Below, piece after piece: positions 9,209 through 19,578 of a DNA stretch of 29,594 nucleotides. Within the stretch, counting starts at the first letter, position 1. The number at the start of each line of letters is the position of its first letter. Origin of the DNA: Dehalococcoidia bacterium (GTDB lineage: Bacteria > Chloroflexota > Dehalococcoidia > Lucifugimonadales > UBA3495); NCBI GenBank assembly GCA_030740155.1, contig JASLXV010000060.1, positions 1 through 29,594 of the forward strand, in the 5' to 3' direction. A program made the translations under genes and the position numbers. Below the pieces are notes generated by a model. That model was not told the DNA's origin. It did not search any database and saw only the letters and a list, made by a program, of their open reading frames with translations.

Positions 9209-9237
9209 ATCCTACTCGCGCCGCTGCCACAGGTCAA
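9209..9237 (-). promoter_or_regulatory. Putative sigma70 promoter for the AOR pair
   Basis: TTGACC-N17-TAGGAT on the minus strand. Confidence 0.6.
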
Positions 9238-9252
9238 GCAGAACACCGGCGG

Positions 9253-9320
9253 CCTCACCCAGCCCAGGCTTCGCCAGGGCATCCCTCTCCCAGCGGGAGA
9301 GGGACCGAGGGTGAGGGAAC
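9253..9320. repeat. 68-bp REP-like element, copy 1
   Basis: CCTCACCC...CCCTCTCCC-AGC-GGGAGAGGG...GGGTGAGG; 60/68 identical to 27119-27186 by manual alignment. Confidence 0.85.
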
Positions 9321-9328
9321 GTGCGGTG

Positions 9329-10083
9329 CTACGATCCTTGCACCGGCGGCGATGGTTTCACCACGGCCCCGTCGACCAGTTGCACGGTCCGGTTGCACAT
9401 TCCGGCCAGGGTCAGGTCATGGGTTGCCACCACCACGGTGGTCCCCTGCTGCACGACGATATCGCGCAAAATGGTGGCGATGGCCCCGGCCGTGGTGGTG
9501 TCCAGCTCGCCGGTGGGCTCGTCGGCGAACACCACGTCGGGCGCGGCGACCAGGGCCCGGGCGATGGACGCCCTTTGCTGCTCTCCGCCCGAAAGTTCGT
9601 AGGGGCGGTGCCGGGCCCGGGGGCCCAGGCCCACCAGGTCGAGGGATTTCAGGGCCAGCCGGCGGCGCTCCCGCCACGAATAGCCGCTGATGTGCAGGGG
9701 CAGCTCAACGTTTTCCAGCGCCGAGAGGAGGGGCATCAAGCCGAACGACTGGAAGACAAAACCGATCTTCCGGCGCCGTAGCTCCACCAGGCGGGACTCC
9801 GACAGAGTAGCCAGATCGCTGCCTTGGAAGAAGACCTTGCCTCCGGTGGGCCGGTCCAGGCCGGACATGAGGTTCAATAGGGTGGTTTTTCCCGAGCCGG
9901 AGCGGCCGACAACGGCAAGAAACTCCCCTGGAAAGATATCCAGCGTGACCCGGTCGACGGCGGTAACCGACGTCTCACCGGACCCGAAAACCCGGGCCAG
10001 GTCTCGCGTCGAAATCATGGGCGCGGGGGCCGCGCCGTGGGGTCCGGATTCAATCGGCGGGGCACTCCCCTCCGGCGCCTCTT

Positions 10084-10087
<4 letters not shown>
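9329..10087 (-). CDS. ABC transporter ATP-binding protein (LolD/MacB-type)
   Basis: Walker A GRSGSGKTT, Q-loop GFVFQ, signature LSGGEQQR, Walker B FADEPTG, H-switch ATHD; ATGA overlap with the upstream gene. Confidence 0.93.
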
Positions 10088-11088
<1,001 letters not shown>

Positions 11089-11131
11089 CTCATCTATCCA
11101 TCTCCCCGCGTTTCTCGGAAATTGCGCGCCC

Positions 11132-14100
11132 TCACCCTTCGCCGATGCGCAGGACCTGCTGGACTTCCAATCTGAAGGTGATCCAGGCCAGCCAGGCCAC
11201 CGTACCCGCGGTGACTCCGGCCAGGACCAGATACGACACCAGCAGGGTGGTCCAGTTGGTTTGGAGGACCATGGGAGGAGTCACCCTGGCCCCTTCCTCG
11301 GCTCTCTCCATCAAAGGCAATAGGCTGGCGCCAACCCATTGGCCGGCCAGGCTACCCAGCCCGATGCCACAGGCCACCACTAGAATAACACTGAACCACA
11401 CCACCCCCGTGAGTTGCGCCTTGGACGAGCCGAGGGTCCGCATGATAGCAAACTCGGTCTGGCGGTCGCGGGTATCGAGGTAGGAGAAGAGCATTATCCC
11501 CGAGGTGGTGGCCAGGGCAACTACCAGGAACACCAGCACCAGCAGGCCGCCCCAGCCGGCGTTGACCAGTGGCCGATCGAAGGTTTGCGATACCATTTCC
11601 CAGGCCACCACGGTTTCCCGCAGCCGCAGACCGCGCTCTTCCAGAGCGGCCACTATGGGGCCGGTGTCCCCGTCCGGGTCCCGCAAGCTGACCCACAGCT
11701 CGTCGGACCCACCCAAGGGCCTGGGGCTGTGGAGGTTCGCCTGTGGAGTGAAGATATTCAAGTCTACGACGGCGAACGGGTCCTCCCTTGGGTCCAGAGT
11801 GGGGAAATAATCGGCCACCGCCACTGCCTTGAATGGCAAGGAGTAGGTGGATAAGCTCAGGTTCAGCGTGTCACCCACCCGGGCTTCAGCCGCCTCGAGA
11901 AACGACCTGCTTACCACCGCCGGAATCGGCTCTTCCGGACTGCCCGCCCGGAGACCCCGGAGCCCGACGCCTCCGGGGGCCCAGCTAAACACCGCCGACC
12001 CTCCTCTCCCCTCCGGGCCTGCCAACTCGCTGGCGTCCAGGGCGTAGAGGCCGGGCCGGGAGTAGTCCTCGGTCACGTGCCATTGCCCGCGCCATTGAAC
12101 GAGGTCCCCGAAATCGGCAATTATCTCCTCTGCTTCGCCCGTCAGGGCCGACAATCGCCACAGAAACAGGGCTCCAGGGTCCTGGGGCCCACCCCTGCTG
12201 CCGAGGTAGATGGAGAACAGGGTGAAGGGCGGCGTCACTTTGGGAGGCTGCTCCCGGCCCCGGCGACCGAAAAGGGGTACCGGCACGAGTTCGGCTTCCA
12301 GGCGTCGCCAGCCGCGGAAATTCAAGCCTCCCAGGAGGGCGTCGAAGTAGTATCCGTTGGCGTCCCGGAGCCTGGCCAGGACCGCCAGTCCGGGGTCGGG
12401 CCGGCTCGGCTGGACCCAGAGCGCCAGGCCGCCGGCCTCATGGGGGAGATCGATGCCATCTTTCGGAGATGGCTCGGCCGCCGGAGGTGGGGTGATGGGA
12501 GCGGTGAGGTCGGCCAAGGACTTCCCTCCGGCGAAGTCGGGGCGATACCAGGCCACCCGGCTGAAATTCTCCGCGTCCACTTCGAGGACCGCAACGCTGG
12601 TGGTGATGAAACCGCTGGTCAACAAAGAGCCTCGGTCGCGCCGCCCCTCGGCGGCCCCGGCCACCGCTTCCATCTCGCCCGCCAGGTCCGCGAAACCCGG
12701 CGCGTCCACCGCGCCGGCCGTGCCCGTATGCCGGATGCGCAGGTCGGCCCCCGCGGCGTACAGGACCCGCTCCCGCTGGCTGCGCTCCAGGGTGGAGCTG
12801 AAGGCGCTTCCGATGACTCCCAGGCCGGTCGCCAAGGTAAGCAGGATGATCAGGGCCCCGGGCATGATGGGGTCTCTGGATACGTGTCTCAGCCCGTGCA
12901 CCAGCCAGGAAGGGCCCACCGGCTCGGTGACTCGGGCTACCAGGGACAGGACGATGGGAAAGACGCGCAACACCAGGAGGCCGATCGCCAGAAGCTCCAG
13001 TAACGGGCGGAACAGGCCGATGTAGTCGATCTGGAGTTCCCGGCTATCCAAGGTCTGCACCAGGAAGGTCTCCCGGGTCTGGGTCTGCCACCAGAGCGCG
13101 CCAATCAACACCAGCAGCAGAACGTCCAGGTAGTAGCGATGAATAAAGGGCGCCCGAGGAGGCCTGGCTTCCGTTTGGCGAAACTCGACGATGCCCTGCC
13201 GGGCCGCGACCAGGGTCAACACGGTGAGCGCTCCGACCGCCAGAAGGCCTCCCGCCAGCCCCAAAAAGAAAGCGAGGGGGGAAAGGGAGACCGGGACCGA
13301 CGCCAGCTCCCCGCCGCCGCCGAGCCCAAAAAAGAACCGCCCCAAGAGCCGGACCACGGCCAACGCCATCAAAGGCCCGAACACAACCGCGGGGACGGCC
13401 AGGAGCGAGCCTTCCGCCAGCGCGAGCAGCCCCACCTGTGAGGTGGTGGCCCCCCGGCTCTTGAGCATCGCTATCTCGGTGCCCCGGGATTTGACCACCA
13501 GTCCCGAAACCAGGCCCAGGTAATAGACAAGTATGCCGGTGACCAGAAAGACGATCATGAAGAGGGGAATGCGGGCCAGCCTCAATTGCTCTTTATAGTC
13601 GTCCAGCACCCGGTCCAGCTTGATGGCGATGCTGGCGTTATTCAGATTGGCGGGCACGTCGCGCCTGATGGAGCGGGCCAGGCCCTGGAGGTCGTTCACG
13701 TCCCTGGCCCGGACCCCTTGGCGGTCCAGGTAGAAGAACCAGGTGGTGTCAATGAACAGCGATGGGTACCGGCCGAGCATCCGGTTCAGAATGGCTTCTT
13801 CCGTGGTGAACAGAGGGATATAGGTCCAGCGATCACTCTTGAAGCTGAACTCCCGGCTGGCGCCGAACCAGAACTCGTCCTCGGGGTCAACCCGCTCGAA
13901 AACGCCCACAATCTTGGCCTGCATCGAGGGTGGGCCGGTGGAGGACGACACGGTGAAGGACGAGGCGGGGAAGATCTCCATCTCGTCGCCGACACCGAGC
14001 TGGAGCAGCTCCGCCCCCAACGTATCTATGGCTACCTCCATCGGTCTTTCGAAGTCAGCCTGGGCCACGGACAAGCCGGAATAGGGCCAGCTCCCCTGGA

Positions 14101-14551
14101 CCATTCGGATGCGGTCCGGCAGCAGCCCAGTGAAGTATTGGACATCACCCCGCGGCCGCGTGTCGTCGGCCAGCTCCAATTGCGGGTGACCCTTGAAGAA
14201 GAAGGTGGGGCTCTCGAGAAGGTGAGCCCGGTCTCGCAAATAGGACTGGAAACGCGACTCCACCCGTTCCTCGGTGAAGCCGAGGCCGGCCCGGTAGGCG
14301 GCGACCCGTCCCGCGGCCGTGGGCGGAGCATCCTGGCCGATGAACGTCCTGACCAGAATGTTGGTTTCCTCGGCGCTGGCCTGATCCAGCGAATGGCGCA
14401 GGGCAGCCTCCGACAACAGGTCGGAGAAGATGACGCCGCTTGACATCAACGCCACCGCTATCAGGATTCCCAGGAACAGGACCAGCTCCAGCCGCCAGCC
14501 GGAGATGGTCCGTTTCAGGGCGATGATGTAGGCCAGTGGCAAGAGGGACAT
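11132..14551 (-). CDS. Large FtsX-like ABC permease
   Basis: Two FtsX-type repeats (RGTEIAMLKSRGAT; RQTEFAIMRTLG), GADL motif, large extracytoplasmic domains, multiple TM segments. Confidence 0.9.
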   Translation of the reverse strand: MSLLPLAYIIALKRTISGWRLELVLFLGILIAVALMSSGVIFSDLLSEAALRHSLDQASAEETNILVRTFIGQDAPPTAAGRVAAYRAGLGFTEERVESRFQSYLRDRAHLLESPTFFFKGHPQLELADDTRPRGDVQYFTGLLPDRIRMVQGSWPYSGLSVAQADFERPMEVAIDTLGAELLQLGVGDEMEIFPASSFTVSSSTGPPSMQAKIVGVFERVDPEDEFWFGASREFSFKSDRWTYIPLFTTEEAILNRMLGRYPSLFIDTTWFFYLDRQGVRARDVNDLQGLARSIRRDVPANLNNASIAIKLDRVLDDYKEQLRLARIPLFMIVFLVTGILVYYLGLVSGLVVKSRGTEIAMLKSRGATTSQVGLLALAEGSLLAVPAVVFGPLMALAVVRLLGRFFFGLGGGGELASVPVSLSPLAFFLGLAGGLLAVGALTVLTLVAARQGIVEFRQTEARPPRAPFIHRYYLDVLLLVLIGALWWQTQTRETFLVQTLDSRELQIDYIGLFRPLLELLAIGLLVLRVFPIVLSLVARVTEPVGPSWLVHGLRHVSRDPIMPGALIILLTLATGLGVIGSAFSSTLERSQRERVLYAAGADLRIRHTGTAGAVDAPGFADLAGEMEAVAGAAEGRRDRGSLLTSGFITTSVAVLEVDAENFSRVAWYRPDFAGGKSLADLTAPITPPPAAEPSPKDGIDLPHEAGGLALWVQPSRPDPGLAVLARLRDANGYYFDALLGGLNFRGWRRLEAELVPVPLFGRRGREQPPKVTPPFTLFSIYLGSRGGPQDPGALFLWRLSALTGEAEEIIADFGDLVQWRGQWHVTEDYSRPGLYALDASELAGPEGRGGSAVFSWAPGGVGLRGLRAGSPEEPIPAVVSRSFLEAAEARVGDTLNLSLSTYSLPFKAVAVADYFPTLDPREDPFAVVDLNIFTPQANLHSPRPLGGSDELWVSLRDPDGDTGPIVAALEERGLRLRETVVAWEMVSQTFDRPLVNAGWGGLLVLVFLVVALATTSGIMLFSYLDTRDRQTEFAIMRTLGSSKAQLTGVVWFSVILVVACGIGLGSLAGQWVGASLLPLMERAEEGARVTPPMVLQTNWTTLLVSYLVLAGVTAGTVAWLAWITFRLEVQQVLRIGEG

Positions 14552-14653
14552 CAATCCCCGCTCCGATAATCTTGCTTACTATCCGGCTTCTCTGACAACT
14601 TGCTGCTTCTTCCCGTCTCGGCGGTGTTGGTGGTGAGTGGTAGAGTGATTTCT

Positions 14654-17600
14654 TCACTCCCCGGTCCGCAGAATATCCGGCACCCGGAGCCGGCGGGCCA
14701 CCAGGGTGGCGAAGAGCAGGGACAGGAGGCTCGCCGCCGCCAGTCCGGCGAAGACCAGCGCCGCCAGCCACCCCTGGACGCTCACGTCCATCGGGGGAAG
14801 CACGGGCCGCCCGGAGGCGGTGATGTCCAGGAATCCCAGGACCCACCGGCCCAGCCCGAAACCGATGGCGCCGCCGGCCCCCAGGCCCAGCACCGCCACC
14901 AGCAGCCGTTCCAGGCCCAAGGATAGGAATATCTGTGCCCTGGAGAACCCCAGCGCCCGGGCCACCGTCAGGTCCACCCGGCTGGTGTGTATGGCCACCG
15001 CCGCGTGCATGGCCAGAGTCAGGACCACGGCCACGGTAACCGCCGACAGTCCCAGAATGGTGAGGCCGTTCCAACCGCCGCCGGCCAGAGGGTTGCGCCG
15101 TGTCATCTCGACCTGAGCATCCCGGTCCTGGACCGAGACGAACCCCGGCAGAACCTCCGCCAGGTCGTGGACCACCTGTTCGCGGCCGGCCTGCTCCTGG
15201 GGCGAGACCCAGATTTCTTGGGGCGCTTTGAAACTTCCCTGGGGTGACCGATGGAGATACTCCCGGTAGTCCGCCAAGGCCACGAGAAGGAAGGGCCGGG
15301 ACGACGGGTCCAAGGTGGGGAAGTAGCCGGTGGTATCCATCACCACCAGGGGCACCACTTGCCTTCCCGCCCTGACGCGCAGCCGTTGGTCCACGTGAAA
15401 CATGGAGCCCCCGACGGTGGGGAGGGGAAAGGGCCCGTGGGGCAGGAATACGCCTCGAGGGGTGGTGCCGAGGGGCTCTTGCCAGGTGAATCGAAGGCCT
15501 GCCCGGCCGTTTCCGTCCGCTGGCGAAGTACGCTCGATGGTGTCCGCCGTCTCCCCTTCGATTGCCAGGGGCGTCCATCCCCCGATTTCCTCATACCCCT
15601 CGATGATGACTCCGGGGGGCGGAATGGACGGGCCTTGGACCGTGATGTCGTCCAGGTCGAGGATGCCCGGCGGCGCCGCGGTAAGCGCCTTCTTACTCAT
15701 GAAGATGGAGACCACCCTGGCCGGATGTTTCAACGACCGGCTCTCATCGGTCAGCGGCGCTTCGAAATAGCTCCATTCTGGTCCCTCGTCTCTAGAAGAG
15801 GGCGGTTGCGAGCCCGCCGGCGCGCCTTCCGGAGGGTCCCGCAGGTCGCCCAGCAGCACGTTGCGGTATCGCCCATCGCCGTCTTGGACCCGCGCCCACA
15901 GGTTCAGGCTCAGCCGGGTTTGTCCCAACTCCGGGATTTCCAGTTTCGCCCAGATGCCGATGCGCTCACCGCCCGTTGGAATTGCTATGCCAGTGCCGCC
16001 GCCCTGACCCGGAGTGGGTGACACCCAGCGGGTCCGGGTGATGGGACTGAGCAACTCCCGGAGGTCTTTGCCGGCGAAATCCTCCTTGAACCAGGCGGCG
16101 GCAGGCAGGTCGACCGGGTCAACGCCCAGTAGGGTGGCGGTATCGCCCGGGAACCCATCCAGCAGGTTCACGGTGTCACGGGCGATGGGGCTGACCGCCT
16201 GGACCCCCGGCGTGACGGCGACTGTTTCCAGAGATGAGTCGGAAAAACTCCGGCCCCGGACGGCTAGGTCACCCCCCAGGCGGTACAAAGCCTGCTCCAC
16301 GTGGCTCCGGGCCAGAGTGGCCTGAAAGCTGGCGCCGAAAACGCCCAGGGCCGCGGCCATCATCAGGATGACCACCAGGGCGCCGTGGGGCAGTGGGTCT
16401 CGCGACAGGCGGACCAGGGAGAAGGCCAGCCACGGTGGGCCGAAGCGGCTCCCGGCCCAGGCGAAGAACCGGACCAGCCACGGCAGGACTCTCAAGGCCA
16501 GCAACGCGGCCGCCAGGAGCCCGAGGACCGGCCCGAAAAGCAGGCTGGGGTCGGCTTGCAGGGTCCTGGTGGACACGTCACGCTCGATGAATCCGCCCCG
16601 GCTGCTGATCTGCCACCACAGCAGCCCCAGCGCCGCCAGCACCAACAGGTCCACGTAGTACCGGTGCAAAAGCGGCACCGTGGGCGGCCGGGCCCTGTCC
16701 CTCAAAGATTCCATGGTGCCAAGGCGGGCGCGGGTCAACGCCGAAGCCGCCAACACCCCGAGGGCCAGGAGGCCTCCGATGGTGCCCACGACAAACATGT
16801 CCGCCGAGAGCCCGACCGAAAGGCCGCCGGGGCCCACGCCCAATGGGTCAATGGTCCGCAGCAGCAGGTACCGCACGATGGCCAGGGCCAGGAAAGGCCC
16901 GGCCACCACGGCAAGAACGGCGATGGCCCCCTCGCCGAGGACCAGCAGGGTGCTCACCTGGAGGAGGCCGGCGCCCCGGCTTCTCAGAAGTCCGGCCTCT
17001 TCGGTCCGGGAGCGCGCCAGCAGCCCCATGACCAGGGCCATTGCATAGAGGATGACCACGACTATGAGGGCGATGAAGAGGTAAAGCGGAACCCGGGCCA
17101 GGTCCAATTCCTTCTGGTAATCCGCGAGGCTCTTATCGAGGCCGGTGATCACCAGAGAGCGGGGAAACTTCTTGTTGATGTCCGTCTCCAGCCCGGTGAC
17201 GTTATCCTCGGTCTGGTTGGCCGTGCTGGCGGTCAACACGCCGGAGTCGACGAATAGGAACCATCTGAAGTCGCCCACCATGGCCGGGTACTTCGTGCCC
17301 AAGCCCTCGAAGAAGTCGTCCTCTCGAAGGTAGAAGGGCAGCAGTAGGTCATCTTCGATCCCCTGCAGCCGGAAGTAGGCCAGGGAGTTCATCCAGTACT
17401 CTTCCCGGGGGTCCTTGGGCTCGGCCAGGCCCACCACGTTGAGCACGATTTGCTCCGAGGAGTCGGTCCTGAAGGGAAAGATGGACATCCGCGCGCCCAC
17501 CTGGAGACCGAGGCTGGAGGCGGCTCGATCCCCTATCACCGCTTCCAGCTCCAGCCCCCGGTCGTGGAGCACGGGAGCGGTTGCGGGCCACCTGCCTTCA

Positions 17601-18031
17601 ACCAGCCGGGAATGCTCCCGGAAGCCGGTGAGGAAGAAGGGCCGCCCGAAGGGCCCGCCGACCGGCGGGGGCTGTCCCTCTGCCGAGAACACCAGGTGCA
17701 GGTTTGGCTGGGTCCGGCCGAAGCGCTGGATATCTCGCACCAGGTAATCGAGGCGGGCCCTGGTGATCTCCTCGACGTCGGCCCGGAGCTTCCGGTAGTC
17801 GGCCGGCCCCAAGGGCCGGTTCTGCAGGATCACGTGGGCGTTCAGGATCGTGGGGGCGGTCGTGGCCAGCTTGTGGCGAAGGCCTCCTTCCGCCAGAGCG
17901 CGGGAGTAGACGGCGCCGACCGACATCAGGGTTACGGCGGCCAGTATCCCAAAAGAGCTGATGGCCAGAAGCATCCAGGAGGCGCGGAGGCGGCGCGCCA
18001 AGAGCCAGTAGAGCACACCGGTCCAGCCCAT
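14654..18031 (-). CDS. Large FtsX-like ABC permease (paralogue)
   Basis: RTEEAGLLRSRGA and RVDLTVARALG repeats, GGDL; collinear with the neighbouring permease. Start 18031 chosen, 18079 possible. Confidence 0.9.
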   Translation of the reverse strand: MGWTGVLYWLLARRLRASWMLLAISSFGILAAVTLMSVGAVYSRALAEGGLRHKLATTAPTILNAHVILQNRPLGPADYRKLRADVEEITRARLDYLVRDIQRFGRTQPNLHLVFSAEGQPPPVGGPFGRPFFLTGFREHSRLVEGRWPATAPVLHDRGLELEAVIGDRAASSLGLQVGARMSIFPFRTDSSEQIVLNVVGLAEPKDPREEYWMNSLAYFRLQGIEDDLLLPFYLREDDFFEGLGTKYPAMVGDFRWFLFVDSGVLTASTANQTEDNVTGLETDINKKFPRSLVITGLDKSLADYQKELDLARVPLYLFIALIVVVILYAMALVMGLLARSRTEEAGLLRSRGAGLLQVSTLLVLGEGAIAVLAVVAGPFLALAIVRYLLLRTIDPLGVGPGGLSVGLSADMFVVGTIGGLLALGVLAASALTRARLGTMESLRDRARPPTVPLLHRYYVDLLVLAALGLLWWQISSRGGFIERDVSTRTLQADPSLLFGPVLGLLAAALLALRVLPWLVRFFAWAGSRFGPPWLAFSLVRLSRDPLPHGALVVILMMAAALGVFGASFQATLARSHVEQALYRLGGDLAVRGRSFSDSSLETVAVTPGVQAVSPIARDTVNLLDGFPGDTATLLGVDPVDLPAAAWFKEDFAGKDLRELLSPITRTRWVSPTPGQGGGTGIAIPTGGERIGIWAKLEIPELGQTRLSLNLWARVQDGDGRYRNVLLGDLRDPPEGAPAGSQPPSSRDEGPEWSYFEAPLTDESRSLKHPARVVSIFMSKKALTAAPPGILDLDDITVQGPSIPPPGVIIEGYEEIGGWTPLAIEGETADTIERTSPADGNGRAGLRFTWQEPLGTTPRGVFLPHGPFPLPTVGGSMFHVDQRLRVRAGRQVVPLVVMDTTGYFPTLDPSSRPFLLVALADYREYLHRSPQGSFKAPQEIWVSPQEQAGREQVVHDLAEVLPGFVSVQDRDAQVEMTRRNPLAGGGWNGLTILGLSAVTVAVVLTLAMHAAVAIHTSRVDLTVARALGFSRAQIFLSLGLERLLVAVLGLGAGGAIGFGLGRWVLGFLDITASGRPVLPPMDVSVQGWLAALVFAGLAAASLLSLLFATLVARRLRVPDILRTGE

Positions 18032-18100
18032 AATCTTGCTATCCGCGACTCTGAGTTGGCCATCGGGCCATTCAACCATCCACGGGTTCCAATGGCAGGC

Positions 18101-18129
18101 ATATTACCCGGTGCTCATCGGCGCGTCAA
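18101..18129 (-). promoter_or_regulatory. Putative sigma70 promoter for the ABC operon
   Basis: TTGACG-N17-TAATAT on the minus strand. Confidence 0.55.
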
Positions 18130-18540
18130 CGCCGGGTTCGAGCCAGCCAGCCGCTTATCCCGATTTCCGACGAGCCGGACGGGCTCGCTTCGATGCTGCC
18201 AGGCACGAATCCCGCGGTGGCCCTTCAGGAATTGGCGGCAAACTGGGACAGTCGCGGTTTCTTGGGGTCGCTTCGAAGTTGCTGGGCGGGAGAGATGGCC
18301 CGGAGCGGCCGCGGGCGACGGTGGGGCTTTCCGGTGAATCCTGAGGGAGGACGTGGGTTCAGAGGCCCTTGATTGGTTTGGGTCGGCAAGACTGGCTCGC
18401 CGGTTAATCGTCGAGGACGCTAGGTTGCGCGACCGGACGGGACTGCATGGGGAAAGCTCAGGCCATTCCCGAGCCTTCAATACTCATTCAGCTTGGTTGT
18501 TGCGGGACGGCAACTGTCGGCAATTAGGTTGACTGAGCCG

Positions 18541-19017
18541 CTAGTCCCGTATGGGCGTCTCATAGAGGCTGAGCCGGACGCTCAGCGGCCCGAGGGGGCT
18601 CGTGAAAATCACCCGTATCTGAGATGAACCGAAAGTGGTGAACCGGCTCCCCAAGGGTTCGATGATAACCGGTGGGCTGATGTTGCAGGGATAGCCGGCC
18701 TGGGCCAGCCGCGTGGCGGCGTTGCCGGTGATCATATTGGCTATCTCTCCGATCGCCGAAAGGCCCAGCTCGTTGCTGGGGTTGTCGACCGGCTCGCCGA
18801 GCATCTGGCTCATGACCGCGTACGCCGTCTCCTGACTGAACCCGTAGAGCACGTTTCCTTCCAAACGGCCGCTGACACCGATCACCGCCGTGACGTCATC
18901 GGTGGTGAACTGGTTGGAAACGAGGTCCATCCCGGACAACTCGAGGCTGCATCCCAGTTCCTTCTCCCAGACGAGCTTGGTGGGCGCCAAGAACGAGTTT
19001 ACATACTCTTCTTTCAT
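18541..19017 (-). CDS. cheX: CheX-family CheY-P phosphatase
   Basis: 158 aa; DVTAVIGVSG.LEG, SAIGEIANMITG (E-x2-N catalytic motif), CNISPP; GAGGAG RBS. Confidence 0.9.
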   Translation of the reverse strand: MKEEYVNSFLAPTKLVWEKELGCSLELSGMDLVSNQFTTDDVTAVIGVSGRLEGNVLYGFSQETAYAVMSQMLGEPVDNPSNELGLSAIGEIANMITGNAATRLAQAGYPCNISPPVIIEPLGSRFTTFGSSQIRVIFTSPLGPLSVRLSLYETPIRD

Positions 19018-19506
19018 TCGGACTCCTCTCTAATGCGGTCAGTACCCAACATGTCCGGGACCAGGGCGAAACGAGGACCTTGCTGAAACCGTTTTCGCTA
19101 AACGCGAACCTCACCTTGGCTTCGCTCTTGGCCTCCGGAAGATCTCATTGTGCCCAGAATCGAGGCTAGGCGGCAAGAAATGGCAACGCCATTCATCGGC
19201 ATCGTTGCGTCTGCTGTCGCAAAATCCAGGAGCTTGATCGGGCTTTCGCGCCTCTCTGCCTTTGGCTGGTACTCCTTGCTTCCGCCGAGGTTGGCTCCCG
19301 GCCGGGTGCCGGAGGTTTGCCAGGCATGTAGACGGGCCCGTCAAGGGGATTTGTTAAGACCCTGCAATTGGAGCGTAACGGTAAGGAGTGCACAACAATA
19401 GAGGCACTTCCCCAACCGCGATTAGGAGTTTCTCCCATATTGGATGTCGCCTGGATTGGAATTTGCGATGGCGAGAATTGGAATCATCGCTCTCGAGGCG
19501 GCAGGC

Positions 19507-19543
19507 AAAGAAAGCCCCCCGGAGGGGACCAGGGGGATTTCTC
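19507..19543 (-). terminator. Probable intrinsic terminator after the tubulin-like gene
   Basis: Minus strand hairpin AGAAATCCCCCTGG...CCGGGGGGCTTTCT followed by T residues. Confidence 0.55.
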
Positions 19544-19578
19544 TTGGGGGAGTCGGCGCCGGCTTTGGGTCTTGCCGG

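Noticed and set aside
19193..19225. Sigma28-type promoter for cheX (GCCGATGA)
   Set aside because: No TAAA -35 element at the expected spacing.
19241..19323. c-di-GMP-I riboswitch upstream of cheX (GGCAAACC ... GGCGCGAAAGCC on the minus strand)
   Set aside because: The two strings are about 60 nt apart, with no GNRA-capped P2 of the right size and no clear P3; it does not fit the consensus.
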